Positions 37,451-50,441 of a stretch of 64,000 nucleotides of DNA are shown piece after piece. The notes under the pieces were generated by a model that saw only the letters and a program-made list of their open reading frames with translations, was not told the DNA's origin and made no database searches. The translations under genes were made by a program, and so were the position numbers. The stretch is taken from NCBI GenBank assembly GCA_035221665.1, contig CM069131.1, forward strand, positions 50,592,001-50,656,000, written 5' to 3'. Each line of letters starts with the position of its first letter. The stretch's first letter is position 1. This DNA is from Okamejei kenojei. Taxonomy: Eukaryota.

Positions 37451-37587
37451 CATCTTCTTGCGTACGGCGTGCACAGCCCAACGTTGTAGGTCAACTTGTT
37501 CTATTTGATCTATTTGTTTGTGCACGTCGGGTTGATTGCATTAGTCGAAACTGGTTGGACCACGTGAAGGTTGCAATCTCCTACCCC
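37451..37587 (-). mobile_element. 137-bp non-autonomous Ingi/Vingi-like retroposon
   Basis: 8-bp TSD AGTGCTGG (37443-37450) / AGTACTGG (37588-37595); starts GGGG, ends CGCAAGAAG; partial second copy at 46059-46125 with a (GAA)n tail. Confidence 0.75.
37534..37587 (-). ncRNA. Candidate HDV-like self-cleaving ribozyme (this copy degenerate in P1)
   Basis: GGGGTAG-GA-GATTGCA-ACC-TTCACGT-GGT-CCAACCA-G-TTTCGA-CTAA-TGCAATC fits the nested double-pseudoknot order; P2 7/7, P3 3/3, P1 4/7. Confidence 0.65.
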
Positions 37588-37689
37588 AGTACTGGAGTAA
37601 TGCTGTGGTACAGGGAGCATCACAAAAGAGGATGGCGAGGTGCCGTTTCGCATTGGGACCCTTCTTCAGACTGATTGTGGGATCGAATT

Positions 37690-39170
37690 AATGAATAAAT
37701 ACTTTATGGACACATGTGACAAGTGACAGTGAAATGTGTTGCTTACATACCCAAGGAATGCAAATAGTCGCCCATAAAGTAGGTATGTTACAAAACTTAC
37801 CTTGAGCAGCGCTGCAGTTCTGCAGCTCCCCGTGTGCGTGCCTTTGGCGCCTTTCAGAGGGGGGGCGTGTTTAAAGTGCAGTTTTTCCACAGATAGGGCA
37901 AATCGATCCATGTTAGGGGATTTCATTGCTGAAGAAAAATTGTTCCGACAATTTCATTCATGAAGTTATTTTAAAATTACGCTATATTATTTATTAGCTA
38001 GAGTAATTTAAAAATCATCTTCTAAAGCTGTGAGCGCCGACAACGGGAAGGATTTTACGTAGGGGAGAAAATAAAGTACACAGTTTATTTTTACATTAAA
38101 ACTTGGTTTTTAGGAAGCATTTAATCACATTTTCATGTTGCGAAATGGGGACAAAAAAATGTCTGAACCGGCAGTGTTTTTCATGCTGACTTCACCGCAA
38201 ACCGCAACGTTCTAATCCACCGCATTCCACTAAAACCCACTCGCAAGTTGATTTAAATGGCCATTAATTTATAGGAATTAAACACTAAATTCCTTCCATT
38301 TGGCCTACAAATTCATGAAAATGAGATTTAAAAATCATGTTATATTGTGAATTATTGTGTGAATGTTATTTGGACACTTAGGCAATTTAAAAAAGTTTAT
38401 CTTTTCTTAAGAAATGGATAGATGTTTAGATCTAGTAATTGAATTTTGCAATTATCTACAATTAGGTAACTAACTAATTATATGCTTTAATTTCAGGTCA
38501 TCCAAGTAATATTGTTTCATATTTGTTTCAGAATGCTTAAATCTATAATAACTGAAAATTTCATTGAATTCTCTTAATTTTTAAGAAAGTTCTGGGCTTT
38601 TGACTGTCCTAGATCACAGCTTTTGTGTTAAGTCAATGGAAAGGCAATGGGGAACAAGATGCTAATTTCCTAGTATGAAAATGGCCATAACATTTTTAAT
38701 ACTGAAGATATGAAAGTGAATTAGGTGTCAAATTAAACTTCTTTTTATGCTTTATCTGATGGAATAAATTGCAGACTTGCTTTTTTAAATCTCAAAATGT
38801 TGTAACATTGCTACACAAAGGGCGCTCACAAAGTGTACACAATATCTGCGCCAAGGTCCCCCTTTGTTCTCTCCCCCCCTCTCTCCCTCACGGTGGTCCC
38901 CCCAGGCCGGGTCCTTCTTTGTTCTTTCCCCCGGCAACAGCGTCCTCACTTCTACGTGGTCCGTCCTCGTCCGTTGGACGACGCCCCTATCGGCTGCCGT
39001 ACCAACCTCTCCGCTATCGCCGCCGGGTCCTCTCCAGATGCCTTTGTAGCGCCAAACCAGGCCCCAGCCGCCGGCTCCGTCGACCCAGGGGCACTTTGCC
39101 GCGGGGCTTCATCGACAGGTGAGGCTTCACCTCCAGCCTGTGAGGCTCCGGCCTGGAAGAAAGCTGGTCA
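37690..39170 (-). mobile_element. CpG-rich repeat split by MITE copy 2
   Basis: LINE-like tail at 37690-37779; CpG-rich sequence resumes at 38814 after the TSD. Confidence 0.5.
37780..38813. mobile_element. Non-autonomous DNA transposon (hAT-like MITE), copy 2
   Basis: Same TAG...CTA termini as 3986-4982; flanks CATAAAG / CACAAAG. Confidence 0.87.
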
Positions 39171-39386
39171 AGACAAAACATAGCAAGAAATCTGCCTATC
39201 AAAACCCCTCCTCGCCTGTGTTCACCTATTACCTGCTAGGCCTTGTCCTGTGCCTCCTCTCTTCCAGTTTTCTACCCCCTCCCTCCCCTGCCCACCCTAC
39301 AATCTGTGTGAAGAAGGGTTTCAGAACCGAAACATCACCTCTCCATGTTTTCCAGAGATGCTCCTGACCCACTGAGTTACTCTAGC

Positions 39387-39609
39387 CAGGGTGCTCTTAA
39401 CAGCATTATAGGCCCCCGGGCAAAGCAGTGCACTGGGGCCCCTACACTCCCAATTTCTTTATGCCAAATCAAATATGCCATCATGCACTTGTGATGTTCT
39501 TCTCCGTTTTCATGTTCTACAATAACATTCTACAATACATAGATTAGCATGGGGCCCCTATGCTCGTGGGGCCCGGGCAACTGCCCAGTGTGTCCATGCG
39601 TTAAGACGA
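39387..39609. mobile_element. hAT-like MITE, right end eroded
   Basis: CAGGGTGCTCTTAAC ... GTTAAGACG with internal GGGGCCCC palindromes. Confidence 0.55.
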
Positions 39610-40144
39610 GATTTATTTCTGACCACAAACAGACACAGTCTTCATTGTGTCATCGCAATGTGATTCATGATTGCTAGTAAAGACCCTTTCCTGCAGTGCC
39701 CAAACTGTTGTAAAATTACTAAGTAAAAGTGTTCAGTGATCTCTTTTTGATAGAGTAGGGGAATAATGGAGGTCTTGTAACTCCAGGCTGTGTCATGCGC
39801 CTGTCTATATTTAAGGGCATATTTCATTCCGTTAAGGGATGCAGGTCACAAGGCTGTATTTAAGACCATATTTCCTTCCTTTATGGTTTGTTAGTCACAA
39901 GTCTGTTCAAGGCTGGTAAACATCAGTTGCATGATAAAACAACCGATAAATTGACACAGGATTCCAAAGATGAAGGAAATGTGCCTTCAGTAGCAATACA
40001 GTACACACTAAGTCTGAGGTCAAAGCATTTATTTTAACCAGCGGGAAGCTATCTTCTGCATCTTAGCCAACTTAGAGCCTGATGCTGTTATTTTGTGGAA
40101 AGTTTTATACTATCCTTGTGGCTGTTAAAGTGGAACCATCACCG

Positions 40145-40300
40145 AAGATAGACACAAAAAGCTGGAGTAACTCAGCGGGACAGGAAACATCTCTGGAGAG
40201 AATGAATGGGTGATGTTTCGGGTCGAGACCCTTCTTCGGACTGATAGTCACGGGATAGAGAAGCGAGAGATATAGACGATGATGTAGAGAGATATAGATT
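40145..40300 (-). mobile_element. Penelope pLTR fragment
   Basis: Reverse hammerhead-like motif at ~40208-40243. Confidence 0.7.
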
Positions 40301-42699
40301 ACTGTGAAACTCACTATTTGGTCGTTTTGGATTATCTCTGGATGATTGATGCTGTACTGCACCAGTCTTAACTCGCAACTCTAAATGTTTGGCCACCAAA
40401 AAATGCTCAATCTGGCACACTGCCAAAAAGCAGCCCGGCGTTAGAATGGTGGTTCACTGATGTTAAGTAGCAGTCAACATTGGGATTGATCACGAGCCCT
40501 GTGTCATGAGCCCATGTACTAAAAGCCAATTTATCGCTAAATTGTTTGTAATGATATTAATTATTTTAAAGGGTACTATATCTGTTATCTTGTCGCAGAA
40601 GCATTGTAAGCCATACATATAGTATTCTGCTTTTCAGGTGGCACTGTGCTTAATCTTTAAAGATACATAGTTTAATCAGATAATCTTTAACGATATATAA
40701 TTTAATTAAACTGGGAATCTGGAAATCCTATGCAGATTGATGGATGCGTGTAGATAATTAGCTCCAAGTCATAAAATTACACAACATGAATGCTTTTCTT
40801 TGTCATTCCATCTGAAACGCAGTAGATACACTATGTTGCGCTTTAATGTAAGTGCTTGCCAGTGGCATTGCTTGAAGTGACTGATGATAGGTACTTTGTA
40901 GCACGGCTGTTTGTGTTGTTTAGAGCATGACATCAGACAAATAAATAAACACAGCTGCAATTTTAATTGAAATTTATTTGACAGTTTTGTTGGTATTTTG
41001 GAGATTTAGTTCTGTGCCAATACTATTTCTGCTTCAGCTGTACATTTGTAATCATGTATGGTCTTCTCGCTGACTGGATAGCTCACGACAAAAAGCTTTT
41101 CGCTGTACCTTGGTACAAGAGACAATAATAAACCAAACTAAACGATTTGGAAATAACAACCATAAAACATGGAGGCCATGCTCCTGACTAGTTTAGTTTA
41201 GTTTATTGCCATTATCAATGTTCATACCATTGGGTTATACGCTACTCAAGTGGAATATGAGGTGCTTTCCTCCAGTTTGTGTGAGGCCTCACCTTGGCAT
41301 TGGGGGGGGGGGGGGGCATGATTTAGCCAAGCATCCAATGCCTCTTGTGGAAGAGAGTTCAAAATCTGTGCCGAGTGATGGCAGGTGATCTTCCAGGCCC
41401 ACTTCCGCGTGAGGAGAGGATTCAAAACTCCACCAACTGGCAAAGAACCTTGCTACAAATAATCTGCTTCAATTATGATCTCCTGAAAACAAATTCAAAA
41501 GCTTAACCCAACCATAGCCCTAATTAAGTATCAAATGAAATAGTAATCACACCTGGCTTCTTCTTCCTCATATAACACTAGTCTACCATGTCATGCAACA
41601 TTAACTGGACGTTATAGTTGGCACTGAGAAATAGCTAATTTATTGAATTAGTACTTTGCATCATTTTTATTATGAAGAGAATTAGACTCCCAAGTGTTCA
41701 AACTGAAATCAAGGATTTATTATTTATTTAATAAGGATTCATTACTGGATTTTAAATAACAAAATGATAATGACAAAATAACAGGAATTATAATACATTA
41801 TTAATATTCAGGAGCTCAAGAGTCACAAAATAGTTACAGCACGGAGAGAGGCTATTTAGTTCATCAAATTTGGCTGGCAAGCAATCCAGCTAGCTCTAAT
41901 CCCCTGCTTTTGTCCTTAGCCCTGCAAATGAATTCCATTCAAATACTCATCCAGCATACTTTTGAACACTATAATACCTGACTCCACGACCAGATAAAGT
42001 ATTCCACTCCCTAACCTCTTGCTACATGAAACACAAGTGTTTGTGTTTCTTTTTGCATCTTTTGCCAATCATCATCTCTCCATCTCGCATGATTCTTGAT
42101 CAAACGTCTGCTGACTATGGGTTAGAGAGAGCATAAATTGACCAAAGTCCAGCTCTTGATTACTGCTTTGTTGTCCTACCACTGAGAGTTAACACTAAAT
42201 AGAATAGGCAAGAATGGTTACTGGAGCCCTCATTACAGCCTTTCAAACTTTTTAAGATTTGGGAATTGTGCCAATAATGTTCATAAGTATGTCGCTCCAC
42301 GCTTGAGAAAGTTGTAAAGGAAACCAGGTAATTACAATTTAACATCAATTGTTGGTAAGTTATTACAATCCGTCATTCAAAGCAGAGTGACTGAACACCA
42401 GCGAGCCAACATATCTTTGTTTATGTTTTTGATATGTTTTGTGTGGTTAATCCAGTTAGGGTTTTGGGGCAGTTTCTGGCAGGAGAGGAAAGTCTGTGCC
42501 CATGGATGTTATCTCAGTGTGCTTCCAGGTCCAACGGGAGAGGTCATGAGTAAATATCAAAGTGCATGTAGTTGGAAATGTCCTTTTGCCTTGGATTGGA
42601 TTTTGGTTGGTAGCAGAAGGGGTATAAAGGTGACTGGCAAGGATGTGACATGGTCCAATGGTTTATTTATTATGGCATGTACAGAGAGACAGTGTCTGT

Positions 42700-43960
42700 A
42701 CATGACACATCATGAAGTCCCTGGAGAGGCTCACTCACCTGCGATCCCTGGTTAAACCCTACCTGGACCCCCTGCAGTTCGCTTACCGAGCAAAGATGGG
42801 GGTTGAGGACGCCATCATCCACCTGCTCCATCATTTCTGTGCTCACCTGGATAAGCCGGGAAGCATTGTGAGGGTCATGTGTTTTGGCTTCTCCAGTGCT
42901 TTTAACACCACCCGGCCTGCACTCCTAGGGAGCAAACTGACAAAGATGCAGGTGGGTGCTCCATTGGTGTCCTGGATCACCAACTACCTGACTGGATGAC
43001 CACAATATGTCAGGCTACAGCACTGTGTCTCGGACATGGTGGTGAGCAACACAGGGTCTCCACAGGCAATGGTCCTCTCTCCCTTCCTGTTCACCATCTA
43101 CACCTCCGACTTCAGCTACAACTCGGACTCCTGCCACCTACAGAAGTTTTCAGATGAGTGCAATTGTGGGCTGCATCAGTGAGGGGAGGGAAGCTGAATA
43201 CAGAGGTGTAGTCAACGACTTTGTTGACTGAACTGAATCGCCTGCAGCTCAACACTGATGAACACCCCTGTCCCCTGTCTCCATCAATGGTGTGGATGTG
43301 CAGTTTACCAGGGAGTACAAATACCTTGGATTGTACCTGCACAGTAAACTGGTCCAGGAATGCCGAGGCCCTGTCCAAGAAGGGGCAGAGCTGGCTGTCC
43401 TGAGAAGGATGAGCTCCTTCAATGTCTGCAGTGAGAGGCTGCAGACGTTCTACCGATCGGTGGTAGCCAGTGCCGTCTTCTTCACTGCCGTGTGCTGGGG
43501 CAGCAGGGCGAAGGCTGCGGACGCCAATAGGATCAACAAACTCATCGGGACGGCAGGCTCCGTCCTGGGGGCGGAGTTGGATTGTTGGGGGGTGGTCTTG
43601 GAGGGGAGGATTCTCCTCAAACTGTGGAGCATCCTGGACAATACAGCTCACCCCCTCCATGACTCTGATCAACCTGAGGAGCACCTTCAGCAACAGACTG
43701 GCTCCACCAAGATGCAGGACAGAGCGCCGCAGGAGATCCTTCTGCCCTGTGGCTATCAAACTTTACATCTCCTCCCCTTTCTGTCGCGGGGTAGACTGAG
43801 ACTGACCCCCCCCCCCCCCCACGCCCCCACCTCCTCAATCTTTGTACATCTCCAAAGCCTTACCACTCGTCACTTTAATTTTGTGTTTCATGTATTTTGT
43901 GTTTTTTCATGACTGTTGGGAAATTAATTTCCCTCCTGGGATAAGTAAAGTTCTATCGTA
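42700..43960 (+). mobile_element. Rex1-type LINE, 5'-truncated RT to 3' end
   Basis: MKSLERL...LDPLQFAY...GVEDAI...FSSAFNT, GSPQ, QKFSD, YKYLG, FYRSVVASAVFF. Confidence 0.9.
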
Positions 43961-44067
43961 TATTTCTCACTTTAAGGTCTGGTGGCACTGGATTGAGTCA
44001 GCCTGGGCCAGCACGATGCCATCTGCTCCTTACCCTATGCTCTGTGCAGTCAATCCACTCACAGATG

Positions 44068-44325
44068 GGAGCACGGTGGCGCAGCTGTAGAGTTGCTGCC
44101 TTACAGTGTCAGAGACCCGGGTTCCATCCTGATTATAGGGTTTGTCCATTCCACCCGAGACTTGCATGGGTTTTGCATCGCCCACGACTTGCACGGGGAG
44201 CTCCGGGTTCCTGCCCCTCTCCAAAGACGTACAGATTTGTAGGTTAATTGTAGGATAGTGTTTGTGCGCTGGGATCTTGGTTGGTGGGCCGAAGGGCCTG
44301 TTTCCACGCTGTATCTCTAAACTAG
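44068..44325 (+). mobile_element. V-SINE (HE1-like)
   Basis: Head, central domain and tail motifs. Confidence 0.8.
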
Positions 44326-45739
44326 AAAACACACACCCGCCCATTTCAGGATTAAGTGTCCTGGAACGGAAGTGTCCATGAATTTAGAATAAGTTAATAA
44401 ACAAAGCATTGCAGATGCTGGAAATCCGACATAAACAATAAAGAAAGATACAAAGTGCTGGACTAACGCAGCGGATCAGAAAGCATGTCTGGAGAGGATG
44501 CATCGGTGACATTTCAGGTTGGAACCCTTCTTTAATAAGTCTCAGTCTACCCCACGTCGGGGGAGGGAAGGGGGGGTGGGGGGGAGGAGGTGTACACCTT
44601 GATAGCCACAGGGAAGAAGGAACTCCTGTGGCATTCTGCCCTGCATCTTGGTGGAACCAGTTTGTTGCTGAAGGTATTCTTCAGGTTGACCAGTGTGTCA
44701 TGCTCACACTGTGAAAGTTTATGAAAGGTTATAAGCAGTGTGATTTAGCCACAGTGTGATATACCCTCCATATACTGTAAAATATCAATTCACAGGGCTT
44801 TTCCAAGCAGTAGCTATGAAAGTTAAACACAGTCATGCTGATAGATGTGCTGTTGGCTTCATTTATAAGATCTGGGAATTATGAGGTAATTCATCAGATT
44901 ATGTTTCCATTTTTCAGACTCTGATTTGAAACAATTACTTTTTTTTTGAATAAGAAGAATTTTTTCACCCCCTGTTTAATCGGATATGTGATCCTATTAG
45001 CTAATGTTTCCTGGCAGAAAACTCCTGGGAAATAGGAATTCAGTGCCTTATTGAATTTCTGCATAAGTAGTAACAGAAGCATTATGACAAGAGAAGTCGC
45101 TTGACTTTATTGTGTAGAGTTAATGCTATAAACACATCTACAGACAAGAAGGCTCTATGTAGCACTTGGTGCAAAACTGTTCCCCAGACCGAATGCAGTT
45201 TGCTTCCAAAACAACCATTTTCTTTCTTTGTCCCTTTCCATTCCATTTTATTTGGATTCTGTGAGAGGCTATCAGGTTTATTACATTTTATCCTCTGTTA
45301 AAATGGGATCTTTGTAAACCTTGCCATCTATCTTTCCAGGAAGTTCATTGGAAATTTTTATCTCCATGTACAAATCCATAGGCTTACACGACATGACCTC
45401 TAACACTGACATATTGCGTAGCCAAAGCTGCCAGCCATACTCCCAACCTCTGAGCCAGAAGGTCATGTGTTCAAACTCAGCTCCAGGGACCTGCTCAAAT
45501 AGACCAGGATGGCGTTTAAATGCAGCAATCCGTTCTTTTTATGTTTTATCAAAATACTTCATTTGGGAGGTGTCCATTTTTGGTGAGTCTATGAAATGCA
45601 TGGGAGTTAAAATTGGAAATAACACTTTCATGCCATTGCAAACATCTTTAGTCTTCTGCCCTCACTTTTCCTCTTCAAGCCTGCTTCGTGTTATTTGTTG
45701 CGATATGGACGGAGGCCATGTGGCCCACCAAGTAAGCTG

Positions 45740-46020
45740 TCCCAGTGGCAGAATGATAGAGATGCTGCCTTACAGCGCCAGAGACCCGGGTGTGATTGTG
45801 ACTGCGGGTGCTGTCTGTAAGGTGTTTGTACATTCTAAAATGACACCGCTTGTGTTTAATCGGGGGGTTAAGCCTTCCTCTCACATTCCAAGGTCTGCAG
45901 GTTATTTGGCCTCTGTAAATTGTCCCTGGTGTGTAGAATGGAATATGTAATTGTGGGTGGCCATGGTAGGCACGGACATGGTGGGCTGGAGGGCCTGTTT
46001 CAACGCTGTATCTCTAAAAA
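45740..46020 (+). mobile_element. V-SINE (HE1-like)
   Basis: Head and tail motifs, diverged. Confidence 0.75.
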
Positions 46021-46058
46021 TGTAAAATTAAGTCCATGCTCAGAGCAATCTCATCAAC

Positions 46059-46125
46059 GATCAAACAGAACTAGTTGTCTTACAACTTTAGGGCGTGAAC
46101 GCCTTATGCAAGAAGAAGAAGAAGA
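46059..46125 (+). mobile_element. 3' half of the 137-bp Vingi-like element
   Basis: GATCAAACAGAACTAGTTGTCTTACAACTTTAGGGCGTGAACGCCTTATGCAAGAAGAAG matches the reverse complement of 37451-37510. Confidence 0.7.
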
Positions 46126-46249
46126 CGAACGCCACTCCCATTTCCCAAATAATTCCTTTGGTATCTACCCACTCCCACATGCCTATCAATTCTCCACAAT
46201 TCCCCCGCCATTCTTCTCTACAAAGGACATTTTGCAGGAACCATTTAAC

Positions 46250-49200
46250 TCGCTAGGACCCCAAGAAAGGGAGTTTGTAAAGTGCTTCTGAGATGGATTC
46301 TTAGAGCAGCTTGTACTGGAGCCTACCAGAGAGAAGGCAATTCTGGATTTAGTGCTGTGTAATGAAACGGATTTGATAAGGGAATTGAAGGTAAAGGAAT
46401 CATTAGGAGGTAGTGACCATAATATGATAAGTTGTAATCTACAATTTGAGAGGGAGAAGGTAAAATCGGAAGTGTCAGTGTTGCAGTTGAACAAAGGGGA
46501 CTATGGAGGCATGAGGGAGAAGCTGGCCAAAGTTGACTGGAAAGGGATCCTACCAGGGATGACGGTGGAACAGCAATGGCAGGTATTTAAGTGAATAATC
46601 CAGAAGGTGCAGGATCAGCAGAAGCTGGGTGCAGTGTGAACTGTGAGGAGGATGCTATGAGGATGCAGGGTGACTTGGACAGGTTGGGTGAGTGGGCAGA
46701 TGCATGACAGACGCAGTTTTATGTGGATAAATGTGAGGTTATCCACTTTGGTGGCAAGAAGAAGAAGGCAGATTATTATCTGAATGGTGTCAAGTTAGGA
46801 AAAGGGGAAGTACAACGATATCTGGGTGTCCTTGTTCATCAGTCACTGAAAGTAAGCATGCAGGTACAGCAGGCAGTGAAGAAAACTAATGGCATGTTGA
46901 CATTCATAACAAGAGGAGTTGAGTATAGGAGCAAAAACATCCTTCTACAGTTGTACAGGGCCCTAGTGAGACAACACCTGGAGTATTGTGTGCAGTTTTG
47001 GTCTCCAAATTTGAGGAATGGCATTCTTGCTATTCAGGGAGTGCAGTGTAGATTCACAAGGTTAATTCCCGGGATGGCGGGACTGTCATATGTTGAAAGA
47101 ATGGAGCGACTGGGCATGTATACTCTGGAATTTAGAAGGATGAGAGGGGATCTTATTGAAAGATATAAGATTATTAAGGGATTGGACACGCTAGACACAG
47201 GAAACATGTTCCCGATGTTGGGGGAGTCCAGAACCAGGGGCCGCAGTTTAAGAATAAGGGGTAGGCCATTTAGAACGGAGATGAAGAAAAATATTTTCAG
47301 CCAGAGAGTTGTGAATCTGTGGAATTATCTGCCTCAGAAGGCAGTGGAGGCCAATTCTCTGGATGTTTTCAAGAGATAGTTAGATGGAGCTCTTAAAGAT
47401 AGCGGAGTCAAGGGATATGGGGAGAAGGGAGGAACAGGGTACTGATTGTGGATGATCAGGCATGCTCATAGTGAATGGCAGTGCTGGCTCGAAGAGCCGA
47501 ATGGCCTACTCCTGCACCTATTGTCTATTTCATTCCAAAGAGGAAGAAAGATTTTAAGGGGAGTAAGCGGTGGCCATGGCTGACAAGGGAAGTCAAGGAC
47601 AGTATAAAAATAAAAGAGAAGACTTCTAGCAAAGCAAAGATGAGCGGGAAGCCAGAGGATTGGGAAACTTTTAAAGATCAACAGAAGGTAACTAAAAAGA
47701 CAATGCGGGGAGAAACGATGATGTACGAAGGTAAGCCAGCCAAGATTTTATAGGAGGATAGTAAAAGCTTCTTTAGGTATATAAAGAGGGAAAAAATTGG
47801 TTAAGACAAATGTGGGTCCCTTGAACAGGTGAATTTATTATGGGGAACAAGGAAATGGCAGACGAGTTGAACAGGTACTTTGGTTCTGTCTTCACTAAGG
47901 AGGACACAAACAATCTCCCAGGTGTATGAGGGGACATATGATCTAGGGTGACGTAGGAACTGAAGGAAATTCACATTAGTCAGGAAATGGTGTTGGGTAA
48001 ACCGATGGGACTGAAGGCTGATAAATCCCCAGGGCCCGATGGCCTGCATCCCAGGGTACTCAAGGAGGTGGCTCTAGAAATCATGGATGCATTGGTGATC
48101 ATTTTCAAATGTACTGTAGATTCTGGATCAGTTCCTGTGGATTGGAAGGTAGCTAATGTTATCCCACTTTTTAAGAAAGGAGGGAGAGAAAAAGCAGGGA
48201 ATTATAGACCAGTTAGCCTGACATTGGTAGTGGGGAAGATGCTGGAGTCGATTATTAAAGATGTAATAGCGGCACATTTTGATAGCAGATATAGGATTGG
48301 TCCGAGTCAGCATGGATTTATGAAGGGGAAATCATGCTTGACTAATCTTCTAGAATTTTTGGAGGATGTAACAAGTAAAATGGACAAGGAAGAGCCAGTG
48401 GATGTAGTGTACCTGGACTTTCAGAAAGCTTTTGATAAGGTCCACACAGGAGATTAGTGGACAGAATTAGAGCACATGGTATTGTGGGTAGGGTATTGAG
48501 TAGGGATTAACGGGTCCCTTTCAGAATGGCAGGCAGTGACTAGTGGGGTGCCGCAAGGCTTGGTATTGGGTCCACAAATATTTACAATATATATTAATGA
48601 TTTAGATGAAGGAATTAAAAGTAACATTAGCAAATTTGCAGATGACACAAAGCTGGGTGGCAGTGTGAACTGTGAAGAAGATGCTATGAGGATGCAGGGT
48701 GACTTGGACAGGTTGGGGGAGTGGGCAGATGCATGGCAGATGAAGTTTAATGCGGATAAATGTGAGGGTATCCACTTTGGTAGCAAAAACAGGAAGGCAG
48801 ATTACTATCTAAATGGTGTCAAATTTGGAAAAGGGGAAGTACAACGGGATCTGGGGAGTCCTTGTACATCAGTCAATGAAAGTAAACATACAGCTACAGC
48901 AGGCAGTGAAGAAAGCGAATGGCATGTTGGCCTTCAGAACAAGAGTAGTTGAGTACAGGAGCAAAGAGGTCCTTCTGCATTTGTACAGGGCCCTGGTGAG
49001 ACCATACCTGGAGTACTGTGTGCAGTTTTAGTCTCCTAATTTGAGGAAGGACATTCTTGCAATTAAGGGAGTGCAGTGTAGGTTCACGAGGTTAATTCCT
49101 ATGATTGTGAGACTGCCATATGATGAAAGAATGGAGCAACTGGGCTTGCATTCACTGGAATTGAGAAAAATGAGAGGGGATCTTATACAAACATATAAAA

Positions 49201-49572
49201 TTATGAAGGGATTGGACACGCTAGATGCAGGAAACATGTTCCCGATATTTGGGGTGTCCAGAACATGGGGCACAGTTTAAGAATAAGGGGTAGGCCATTT
49301 AGAACTGAGACGAGGAAAAACATTCTTTCACCACGAGAGTTGGAATTTGTGGAATTCTCTGCCTCAGAAGGCAGTGGAGGCCAATTCACTGGATGCATTC
49401 AAAAGAGAGTTGGATAGAGCTCTTTGGGCTAACAGAATCAAGGGGTGTGGGGAGAAGGCAGGAAACGGGGTACTGATTGTGGATGATCAGCCATGATCAC
49501 ATTGAATGGCGGTGCTGGCTCGAAGAACCGAATGGCCTACTCCTGCACCTGTTGTCTATGTATCTATGTCTA
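46250..49572 (+). mobile_element. CR1 LINE (endonuclease end, RT and 3' tail), interrupted by a nested CR1
   Basis: LDLVLCNE..SDHN, KSPGPDGLHPRVLKE, NYRPVSLT, QHGF, YLDFQKAFDKV, GVPQG, SKFADD; stops and frameshifts. Confidence 0.95.
46618..47527 (+). mobile_element. Nested 5'-truncated CR1 of the same family
   Basis: ORF 46723..47379 duplicates 48650-49560; the host reads through once it is removed (CAGGATCA|TTTCATTCC). Confidence 0.9.
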
Positions 49573-50228
49573 TGTATCTGTGTATCTTCGGGGTGTGGGA
49601 ATAAACTGGAGCACTCAGAGGAGACTCATGTAGCCACAGGGAGAATCTCCAAATTCGAATGGACAGTGCCTGGGATCAGAATTGAACCGGGTGTTTATGA
49701 CAATAAACTAATGTGATTCTCCTGGTTCCTTTGTCTCATTACTCTTTCTGAGACCTTGTGTGCGCATATTGGTTACCCTGTTTCCCGACATTACTATTTC
49801 CCGAAAGTAAACTTCAAAAGTACTTGACTTTGGGCACGTGTTATTAGCAACTCCTTTCATTTAAATGAACAAAATGAATGAAAATACAAATATACTATTC
49901 ATACTGTATTGTTGATAAATTCAGATATCAAAACATTTGTTGAAAAATGTTGAATTCATGATTCATTGAAAGATTAGCCACATGAACAAATATCAATGAT
50001 AATCAGGAAGCAACCCGCTGGTTCTCATGCCTTTTCCAAACAGCTACAATTCCTTGTTAATTAAAATATTTAAAACAAACGCAAACTCCACAAATAACTT
50101 TAATGCAGTCTTCTGCAGAACAAAACACATGGATTAAAAAAAAAACAGATAGCAAATTGTATCCAATTCTGAAAGTTAGTCTAATCTGAGTGGGTCTTTG
50201 CTGACCTTTAAATATGGCCCTTTTTAAA

Positions 50229-50441
50229 AAGTAAAGATAGACACAAAATGCTGGAGTAACTCACCGAGACAGGCAGCATCTCTGGAGAAAAGGAATAGGT
50301 GACGTTTTGGGTTGAGACCCTTCTTCAGATCCGAAACATCACCTATTCATTTTCTTCTGAGATGCTGTCTGTCCCGCTGAGTTACTCCAGCATTTTGTGT
50401 CGATCCTCCATATAAACCACCATCTACAGTTCCTTCCTACA
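50229..50441. mobile_element. Penelope-derived fold-back insertion with a 10-bp TSD
   Basis: CCTTTTTAAA at 50219-50228 and 50442-50451; ~75-bp inverted arms. Confidence 0.8.

Noticed and set aside
45321-45950. 209-aa ORF
   Set aside because: Non-ATG start, runs through SINE relics, no protein motif
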